From IMG/VR virus record IMGVR_UViG_3300032238_000944, positions 18,926-82,925 of that record: DNA of 64,000 nucleotides. One strand, given 5' to 3'. How positions within the stretch are numbered: position 1 is the first letter of the stretch; each line of letters starts with the position of its first letter. Position numbers and translations under genes: made by a program. This stretch comes from a virus. Of this stretch, positions 56,714-64,000 are shown piece by piece. The notes below the pieces were generated by a model. That model was not told the DNA's origin, searched no databases, and saw only the letters and a program-made list of their open reading frames with translations.

Positions 56714-57052
56714 ATGGCAGTACCAGCAGTTAATATTACAATAGAGCAAGGTACAGATTTTGAAAACGTTTATACCGTTACAAATCCTGATGGTACTCCT
56801 TTGGATTTAACTGGATATACTGCTGCTGCAAAAATTATAAAATTCCCAGGATCATCAACTACATCTTCATCATTTAGTGTTGGAATTATAACTTCTGCTG
56901 GCCAAGTTCTTGTATCTATGGCACATACAGTTAGTAGTGAATTAAATGCCGGTAGATATTACTATGATGTAATTATAACATCGGGTATAAGTGGCAAAAA
57001 AACTAAAATTATTGACGGAATGGCTCTTGTAACTCCATCTGCATCAATCTAA
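56714..57052 (+). CDS. Hypothetical virion protein (BppU-N-like Ig fold)
   Basis: [23 protein letters not shown]; GATAAATA 56690. Confidence 0.65.
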   Translation: MAVPAVNITIEQGTDFENVYTVTNPDGTPLDLTGYTAAAKIIKFPGSSTTSSSFSVGIITSAGQVLVSMAHTVSSELNAGRYYYDVIITSGISGKKTKIIDGMALVTPSASI

Positions 57053-60000
57053 TGCCTACAGTATCAGTCGCAAGCACTAGTTATAACGTTACAGTAGGTT
57101 ATCAACCTAGTCTGGGAGTAACTCAGGCTGCTAGATCATTGCAAGGTGTTCAGGGATTGCAGGGAAGTCAAGGAACACAAGGATTTACAGGTAGTCAAGG
57201 TAGTCAAGGTCTTCAAGGTCTCGACGGTGCTTTTGCCGGACAAGGTGTACAAGGAACCCAAGGTAGGCAAGGAACCCAAGGATCACAAGGTCTTCAAGGT
57301 CTTCAAGGTACTTTAGGTTCTCAAGGACTTCAAGGACTGCAAGGTCTTCAAGGAACTCAAGGAACTCAAGGTGTTCAAGGTGGATTAAGTGCTCAAGGAT
57401 CTATCGGTATTCAAGGAAATTCTGGAACACAAGGATCACAGGGCGTTCAAGGTGGATTAAGTGCTCAAGGAAGAGTAGGTATTCAGGGATCACAAGGTCT
57501 TCAAGGAACTCAAGGACTTCAGGGGCATCAAGGAATTCAAGGTCTTCAAGGATCTCAAGGTGGACAAGGAACTTTTGGAATTCAGGGTAGTATTGGATAT
57601 CAAGGAACATCTGGGGCTCAAGGATTAAAAGGAGTTCAAGGCCTTCAAGGAACTCAAGGTCTCCAAGGTGTTCAAGGACAATTAGGTTCTCAAGGAACTC
57701 AAGGTCTTCAAGGAACTCAAGGTCTCCAAGGTCTTCAAGGTCTTCAGGGAACTCAAGGTCTCCAAGGTCTTCAAGGTCTTCAGGGAACTCAGGGTCTTCA
57801 GGGTCTTCAAGGTTTACAAGGGCTCCAGGGTCTTCAGGGTACACAGGGAACTCAAGGACTTCAAGGTTTACAAGGTCTTCAAGGTCTTCAGGGAACTCAG
57901 GGACTTCAGGGTCTTCAAGGAACTCAAGGACTTCAGGGTCTTCAGGGTACACAAGGTACTCAAGGTCTCTGGGGTGCTCAAGGAACACAAGGAGCATTAG
58001 GTCTTCAAGGAACCACCGGATCTCAGGGTTCAGTGGGAATTCAAGGTGCATTTGGTTCTCAAGGAACACAAGGTCTTCAGGGAACTCAAGGAACTCAAGG
58101 ACACCAAGGCACTCAAGGACTTCAAGGACTTCAAGGTTTACAGGGTGTTCAGGGATTAAGTAATCAAGGTGTTCAAGGTACTCAAGGTTTGCAAGGTTTG
58201 CAAGGTCTTCAGGGAACCCAGGGTCTTCAAGGTTTACAAGGTCTTCAAGGTCTCCAGGGTCTGCAAGGATTACAAGGTGTTCAAGGAACTCAAGGACTTC
58301 AAGGTGTTCAGGGTGAAGTAGGTAGTTTTGGTGGTGCTACGTTTGATTACACATTTAGCACCAATACATCAGATTCTGATCCTGGAACTGGAAAATTAAG
58401 ATTTGATAATTCTAATATTTCTTCAGCATTACATCTTTATATCAATGAATATGATGATGGTGGAGTCTATATTCACAATTTCTTACAGACAATTGATGAT
58501 AGTACATCAACAATTAAAGGACATTTTAAAGTTTCTGAAAAATTAAATGCAGAAAATTTTGCTTTATATACAATATCAGCTCTCACATATACTACAACAT
58601 ATTTTAAAGTTGATTGTGCATATGTTTCTGGAAGCGTAATAACATTTCCAAACCTTGATGATGTCATTATTACCTTCGCAAGAACTGGTGATAAAGGTGA
58701 TACAGGTTCTCAAGGAATTCAAGGAACTCAAGGGACCCAAGGCCTTTGGGGTGCTCAAGGAACTCAAGGTCTCCAAGGTCTCCAAGGTCTTCAGGGAACA
58801 CAAGGACTTCAAGGTCTTCAAGGTCTTTGGGGTGCTCAAGGAACACAAGGACTTCAAGGTTTACAAGGTCTTCAGGGTGTTCAGGGTACACAGGGAACTC
58901 AAGGTCTTCAAGGACTTCAGGGACTTCAGGGTACTCAAGGACTTCAAGGAACTCAAGGTCTTCAGGGTCTTCAAGGTCTTTGGGGTGCTCAAGGAACTAC
59001 AGGTGCTCAAGGATCTACAGGTTCTCAGGGATCTACAGGTTCTCAAGGAACTCAAGGAACATTGGGTCTTCAAGGAACCACCGGATCTCAAGGATCAGTA
59101 GGAATTCAGGGTGCTGTTGGTTCTCAAGGTGCAGTGGGATCTCAAGGATCTCAAGGACTCCAAGGACTCCAAGGACTCCAAGGACTCCAAGGTCTTCAAG
59201 GAACACAAGGACTTCAAGGTGTTCAAGGTTTAAGTAATCAAGGTGTTCAAGGAACACAAGGTCTTCAAGGTTTACAAGGTGTTCAAGGAACTCAAGGTTT
59301 ACAAGGTCTTCAAGGAGCTCAAGGACACCAAGGAACACAAGGAACTCAAGGTTTACAAGGTGTTCAAGGAACACAAGGTCTTCAAGGTTTACAAGGTCTT
59401 CAAGGAACTCAAGGTTTACAAGGTCTTCAAGGAACTCAAGGTTTACAAGGTGTTCAAGGTTTACAAGGTGTTCAAGGAACACAAGGAACTCAAGGACTTC
59501 AAGGTGTTCAGGGTCTTGTGGGTGGAAATGCAGGTAAAATTTATTACTTTGATAAGACTGCTTCAGGTGTTGGAACTTATTATGAAGCATTAGAAAGTCC
59601 ATCAATAAATGGAATTCAGACTACATCAGTCACAGTCAATACATCCGTTGCATTAGTTTATGTTGATTCATTTATCACACCTTCAGGTTCTCCAGGTGTT
59701 CTTTCTTTACCAACAGGAGAAGGTGAAATTAGTGTTTATACCACATTAAGTAATGCAAATGGTGTTGCATCATTAACACTTGAAGTTCTTAAATGCAATA
59801 ATGACGGAACTGGTTTAACAACAGTTTCATCATCAACTTCAAATAGTTTTGCAGGAAACACAAGACAAGACATTCATTTTAATTATCTCATATCTACTGC
59901 AATACCATTATTAATTACAGACCGTCTTGTTTTTAGACTTTATGCAACAAGAATAAGTGGTCCAAATAGTTTTGATGTACTTGTTAATTATGCAGATAAT

Positions 60001-62943
60001 ACTGAAAGTAATATCAAAACTACGATTAGTGCTGGTGCAGTAGGTGCTCAGGGCGCTCAAGGTATTCAAGGTTTACAAGGTCTTCAAGGAACTCAAGGTC
60101 TTCAGGGAACACAAGGTTTAATTGGACCATTACCAGAAACTGTAACATATTATCCAAATAATGTTGCTATGGAACCTGGATTTGGTTCTTATAGTTCTGG
60201 ATCTCTTGTTGGAATTCAAACATTTAATGATTGGCCACAAGGATATTTTTATGGTCTTTATGATACTGCAACAACTCCTGGATTTGATGTTCGTGTTGGG
60301 TTTACGAGTGTAACAAAATTTAACAAAGTTGTCTTATTCGTAAATTATCAGGGATCTTCATCTCATACTGTTGACGTTGATCTATACAACTGGACCAATA
60401 GTACTTGGGATACGGTTCAAACATATAGTGGATTGGGAACTTTTACTCAGTTCCAACCTGGAGTCATTGATAGTGCTCCATATATTAATGCGGGTATTGT
60501 TTCTGCAAGACTTTATCATATATCTACTGGTTTTCCATCACATTATACTCAAATTGATTATTTTGCACTTGAAGACTCAATTGCTGGAGGTCAAGGACCT
60601 AGAGGAGCGCAAGGAAAAACTGGTGCTCAAGGAACACAAGGTCTTCAGGGAACTCAAGGACTACAAGGTCTTCAAGGAACACAAGGTCTTCAGGGTGTTC
60701 AGGGACTTCAAGGAACTCAAGGTCTTCAGGGTGTTCAAGGAACCCAAGGTCTTCAAGGAACACAAGGTCTTCAGGGTGTTCAGGGACTCCAAGGACTCCA
60801 AGGACTCCAAGGTCTTCAGGGTGTTCAGGGACTTCAAGGAACACAAGGTCTTCAGGGTCTTCAGGGTGTTCAAGGAACTCAAGGTCTTCAAGGAACTCAA
60901 GGCCTTTGGGGAGCACAAGGAACTCAAGGAACGTTAGGTGTTCAAGGAACTACAGGTTCACAAGGATCTACAGGAATTCAAGGGGATGTTGGATCTCAAG
61001 GAACTCAAGGAACATTAGGTATTCAAGGATCTACAGGTTCTCAAGGTTCTACTGGAATTCAAGGGGATGTTGGTTCTCAAGGTACAATAGGTTCTCAAGG
61101 AACACAAGGACTTCAGGGTCTTCAAGGTTTACAAGGTCTTCAAGGAGAATTAGGTGCTCAAGGAATTCAAGGACTTCAAGGTACTTTAGGTTCTCAAGGT
61201 ATTCAAGGTTTACAGGGACTTCAAGGCACTCAAGGACATCAAGGAACTCAAGGTGGATTAAGTGCTCAAGGAACTCAAGGAACTCAAGGAACATTAGGGT
61301 CTCAAGGTACTCAAGGACTTCAAGGAACTCAAGGTGTACAAGGACAGGTAGGTAGTTTTGGTGGTGCCACTTTTGATTATACTTTTGATAGTTCTACTAC
61401 AGATTCTGATCCAGGAACAGGAAAATTAAGATTCAGCAATTCAAATATTACTTCTGCACTTCATCTTTATATTAGTGATAGTGATGATGGTGGAATTAAT
61501 ATTGATAGTTTTATGCAAACGATTGATGATAGTACATCAAATATTAAGGGACACTTCAAAGTTTCAAATAAAACAAATGCAGAAAACTTTGTTCTGTTCA
61601 CAATTGCAGCATTATCAGACAATGGAACTTATTATGATGTTGATTGTGCATATGTTTCGGGTAGTCTAACAACCTTTAGTGATACTGATGTTATTATTAC
61701 CTTTGCAAGAACTGGCGATAAAGGTGATACAGGTTCTCAAGGATCTACTGGATCTCAAGGTACTGTAGGATCTCAAGGAGAAATTGGTTCTCAGGGTGCT
61801 GTAGGATCTCAAGGAGCAATTGGTTCTCAGGGTGCTGTAGGATCTCAAGGTGCAATAGGATCTCAAGGAACTCAAGGTATTCAGGGCGGTTTAAGTGCTC
61901 AAGGTGCTGTAGGCTCTCAAGGTGCGGTAGGTTCTCAAGGATCTGTTGGATATGTTGGTGCCGATGGGGCTCAAGGTAATGTAGGATCTCAGGGTGCAAC
62001 AGGAACTCAAGGTGCATCAGGTGCTCAAGGAACACAAGGAGCATTAGGTGCTCAAGGAACTACAGGTGCTCAAGGATCTACAGGTTCTCAAGGATCTACA
62101 GGTTCTCAAGGAACACAAGGAGCATTAGGTACTCAAGGTAATTCTGGTGCTCAAGGTTCCACTGGTATTCAAGGCACATCTGGTACGGTAGGCTCTCAGG
62201 GTTCATCAGGTTCTCAAGGATCTAAAGGAATTCAAGGGGATGTTGGTTCTCAAGGTACTTCAGGACCATCAACAACAATTAATGCTGCTGATGATACTAC
62301 AACCACAACTCTTTATCCTGTTATGGTTGCAGCAACCGGAAGCAACCAAACTGCAAAAGCAAGAAGTACTGCTACTGCATTTAGTTTTAATGCAAGCACT
62401 AATACATTATCTGCATCTGCAGTAAATGCATCTGGAGGTCTTACTAATGGTGGATTTGATTTTATATTAGGTAATACAGACCAATCATCAAGGGGAAATA
62501 GTGCCAATTCTAGAGCACTCGTTAAAGATAGCAATGCAACTCTTGTAATTAATTATGCTGGTGATTTTGGTGGTGGTGTAAGAGTTGATAGTAGTATGAT
62601 TGCAACTTTAAAGAATTATGCAGAAACAATCAACGCAGTTGGAAACACTGGAACCGCAGCAACAATCAACCTTGCAAATGGAAACTTTGTTACTGCAACT
62701 CTTACAGGTAACTGTACATTCACATTTACTACAGGAATAACAAGTGGCGCAGTTTCATTCACATTATTCCTTACTAATGATGGCACAGCGGGTAGAACAA
62801 TTGCATGGCCTGCAGCAGTTGTTTGGCCTGGAGGAACAGTTCCTACCAGAACTACAACAGCAAATAAAACTGATGTTTATACATTCTTTACCACCAATAA
62901 TGGAAGTACTTGGTACGGAAACCTTGCTCAATACAACTACTAA
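57052..62943 (+). CDS. Giant collagen-like (Gly-X-Gln) fibre protein
   Basis: Hundreds of [12 protein letters not shown] triplets in several blocks separated by globular domains. Confidence 0.85.
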   Translation: MPTVSVASTSYNVTVGYQPSLGVTQAARSLQGVQGLQGSQGTQGFTGSQGSQGLQGLDGAFAGQGVQGTQGRQGTQGSQGLQGLQGTLGSQGLQGLQGLQGTQGTQGVQGGLSAQGSIGIQGNSGTQGSQGVQGGLSAQGRVGIQGSQGLQGTQGLQGHQGIQGLQGSQGGQGTFGIQGSIGYQGTSGAQGLKGVQGLQGTQGLQGVQGQLGSQGTQGLQGTQGLQGLQGLQGTQGLQGLQGLQGTQGLQGLQGLQGLQGLQGTQGTQGLQGLQGLQGLQGTQGLQGLQGTQGLQGLQGTQGTQGLWGAQGTQGALGLQGTTGSQGSVGIQGAFGSQGTQGLQGTQGTQGHQGTQGLQGLQGLQGVQGLSNQGVQGTQGLQGLQGLQGTQGLQGLQGLQGLQGLQGLQGVQGTQGLQGVQGEVGSFGGATFDYTFSTNTSDSDPGTGKLRFDNSNISSALHLYINEYDDGGVYIHNFLQTIDDSTSTIKGHFKVSEKLNAENFALYTISALTYTTTYFKVDCAYVSGSVITFPNLDDVIITFARTGDKGDTGSQGIQGTQGTQGLWGAQGTQGLQGLQGLQGTQGLQGLQGLWGAQGTQGLQGLQGLQGVQGTQGTQGLQGLQGLQGTQGLQGTQGLQGLQGLWGAQGTTGAQGSTGSQGSTGSQGTQGTLGLQGTTGSQGSVGIQGAVGSQGAVGSQGSQGLQGLQGLQGLQGLQGTQGLQGVQGLSNQGVQGTQGLQGLQGVQGTQGLQGLQGAQGHQGTQGTQGLQGVQGTQGLQGLQGLQGTQGLQGLQGTQGLQGVQGLQGVQGTQGTQGLQGVQGLVGGNAGKIYYFDKTASGVGTYYEALESPSINGIQTTSVTVNTSVALVYVDSFITPSGSPGVLSLPTGEGEISVYTTLSNANGVASLTLEVLKCNNDGTGLTTVSSSTSNSFAGNTRQDIHFNYLISTAIPLLITDRLVFRLYATRISGPNSFDVLVNYADNTESNIKTTISAGAVGAQGAQGIQGLQGLQGTQGLQGTQGLIGPLPETVTYYPNNVAMEPGFGSYSSGSLVGIQTFNDWPQGYFYGLYDTATTPGFDVRVGFTSVTKFNKVVLFVNYQGSSSHTVDVDLYNWTNSTWDTVQTYSGLGTFTQFQPGVIDSAPYINAGIVSARLYHISTGFPSHYTQIDYFALEDSIAGGQGPRGAQGKTGAQGTQGLQGTQGLQGLQGTQGLQGVQGLQGTQGLQGVQGTQGLQGTQGLQGVQGLQGLQGLQGLQGVQGLQGTQGLQGLQGVQGTQGLQGTQGLWGAQGTQGTLGVQGTTGSQGSTGIQGDVGSQGTQGTLGIQGSTGSQGSTGIQGDVGSQGTIGSQGTQGLQGLQGLQGLQGELGAQGIQGLQGTLGSQGIQGLQGLQGTQGHQGTQGGLSAQGTQGTQGTLGSQGTQGLQGTQGVQGQVGSFGGATFDYTFDSSTTDSDPGTGKLRFSNSNITSALHLYISDSDDGGINIDSFMQTIDDSTSNIKGHFKVSNKTNAENFVLFTIAALSDNGTYYDVDCAYVSGSLTTFSDTDVIITFARTGDKGDTGSQGSTGSQGTVGSQGEIGSQGAVGSQGAIGSQGAVGSQGAIGSQGTQGIQGGLSAQGAVGSQGAVGSQGSVGYVGADGAQGNVGSQGATGTQGASGAQGTQGALGAQGTTGAQGSTGSQGSTGSQGTQGALGTQGNSGAQGSTGIQGTSGTVGSQGSSGSQGSKGIQGDVGSQGTSGPSTTINAADDTTTTTLYPVMVAATGSNQTAKARSTATAFSFNASTNTLSASAVNASGGLTNGGFDFILGNTDQSSRGNSANSRALVKDSNATLVINYAGDFGGGVRVDSSMIATLKNYAETINAVGNTGTAATINLANGNFVTATLTGNCTFTFTTGITSGAVSFTLFLTNDGTAGRTIAWPAAVVWPGGTVPTRTTTANKTDVYTFFTTNNGSTWYGNLAQYNY
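58321..61740 (+). repeat. Duplicated globular domain inside the collagen gene (58321-58710 and 61351-61740)
   Basis: [61 protein letters not shown] occurs twice. Confidence 0.9.
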
Positions 62944-62967
62944 ATAATTGAAACAATTTACTTTGTT

Positions 62968-63933
62968 ATGAATTTTGTACAACGTGCTCTAGAGCATGGT
63001 GGAAGCATTAAACCTCTGATTATTCCATCTGAACTTACAAATGGAACTGGTCTTTGCAATCCATCAGTATTTGTAGAAGACGATAAAATATTTCTAAATC
63101 TTCGTCATATTCAATATACACTTTACCATTCTGAACTCTGCAACTATGAGCATCAGTATGGTCCTTTGGTGTATCTCAATCCAGAGAATGATATCACACT
63201 TACAACCACAAATTATCTTTGTCAGTTGAATGACAATCTTGATATTGTCCATTATGCAAAAGTGGATACATCTGCTTTTGATAAGAAACCATTATGGGAA
63301 TTTGTTGGACTTGAGGATGCAAGACTTGTAAAATGGAACAATAAGTATTATCTTTCAGGAGTTCGTAGAGATTTAGATACGATTGGTACTGGAAGAATGG
63401 AATTAAGTGAAATTGAAATTACTGATACTGAAGTCAAAGAAATTTCAAGATTTCGCATTCCAGCTCCTGGAGATGACAATTCTTATTGCGAAAAGAACTG
63501 GATGCCAATCCTAGACCAACCATTTCATTATGTAAAATGGACAAATGGAACAGAAGTTGTAAAAGTAGATCCTGAAAATAAAACATGCGAGACTGTAGTA
63601 TTAAAAGATTGGACTTGGGCTCCTAAAGATTTACGTGGTGGTTCTCAGGTGATTCCCTATAAAGATGGATACTTAACACTCAATCATGAAACTGATTTGT
63701 ATAAGTCAGAAGCAGGTAGAAAGGATGCAACGTATAGACATAAGTTTACTTACTGGGATAAGAACTGGAACATTCGAAAGTTCTCTGAGGTGTTTTCATT
63801 TTTAGATGCAAAGATTGAGTTTGCTTGTGGTATGGCAAAATATAAAAATGATTATCTGATTTCTTTTGGATATCAAGATAATGCTGCATATATTCTTCGT
63901 GTTCCTGGAAATTTATTTGAGGAGTTTGTATGA
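62968..63933 (+). CDS. Beta-propeller glycoside hydrolase/transferase-like protein (GH130-like)
   Basis: NPSVF, GLEDARL, CEKNWMP, LRGGSQ, IEFACG, ISFGYQD; ACTAAATA 62939. Confidence 0.65.
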   Translation: MNFVQRALEHGGSIKPLIIPSELTNGTGLCNPSVFVEDDKIFLNLRHIQYTLYHSELCNYEHQYGPLVYLNPENDITLTTTNYLCQLNDNLDIVHYAKVDTSAFDKKPLWEFVGLEDARLVKWNNKYYLSGVRRDLDTIGTGRMELSEIEITDTEVKEISRFRIPAPGDDNSYCEKNWMPILDQPFHYVKWTNGTEVVKVDPENKTCETVVLKDWTWAPKDLRGGSQVIPYKDGYLTLNHETDLYKSEAGRKDATYRHKFTYWDKNWNIRKFSEVFSFLDAKIEFACGMAKYKNDYLISFGYQDNAAYILRVPGNLFEEFV

Positions 63934-64000
63934 ATAAGTTAGAAGGATTTCCGTCAGTTTATTATTTGAGTTTAGAAGAAAGTCTTGATAGAAGAACTGA
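63930..64000 (+). CDS. Glycosyltransferase family 25-like protein (3' truncated)
   Basis: MNKLEGFPSVYYLSLEESLDRR resembles the GT25 N-terminus; only 23 codons visible. Confidence 0.5.
   Translation, partial: MNKLEGFPSVYYLSLEESLDRRT

Noticed and set aside
57401-62044. Many alternative-frame and minus-strand ORFs (LEDLE, FKVFK and SRNSR repeats)
   Set aside because: Shadows of the 9-bp collagen repeat, which lacks stops in other frames.
1723-62943. Diversity-generating retroelement TR/VR pair (1723-2046 vs 62617-62940)
   Set aside because: Differences are not adenine-specific and include many synonymous changes; no reverse transcriptase in the window.
1-64000. tRNA, rRNA, introns or inteins
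   Set aside because: None recognised by eye and the structural ORFs appear uninterrupted; tRNAscan and Infernal were not run.

Overview
This 64 kb window comes from a T4-like (myovirus) phage genome, most likely a cyanophage. The identification rests on gene order, cyanophage-type structural proteins and promoter motifs; the host is inferred. Essentially all genes lie on the + strand. 1-6 kb: tail-fibre and accessory cassette with a Gly-rich protein and three 2OG-Fe(II) oxygenases. 6-27 kb: early/accessory region of many small ORFs, an SF2 helicase, a ParB-like protein, a ligase-like protein, five more oxygenase/cupin genes, a FeoA protein, an orphan antitoxin-like protein, and a GIY-YIG endonuclease flanked by two capsid-targeting-like proteins. 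This region is punctuated by 13 related promoters, 12 of which carry a palindromic upstream box. 26-27.3 kb: origin-like non-coding DNA. 29-57 kb: baseplate/neck/terminase module (gp25, gp6, gp7, gp8, VrlC-like protein, gp13-gp16). 57-64 kb: giant Gly-X-Gln collagen-like fibre followed by glycan-active enzymes. The strongest candidates for undescribed biology are three. (1) Every promoter of the early family has RGCY (9 of 13 GGCC) directly after the -10 box, a possible DNA-methylation switch. (2) A separately promoted and terminated ~55-nt RNA is complementary to the endonuclease 5' UTR. (3) A cluster of cyanobacterial-type DnaA boxes sits next to divergent promoters. All protein calls come from motif recognition by eye; no database search was run.
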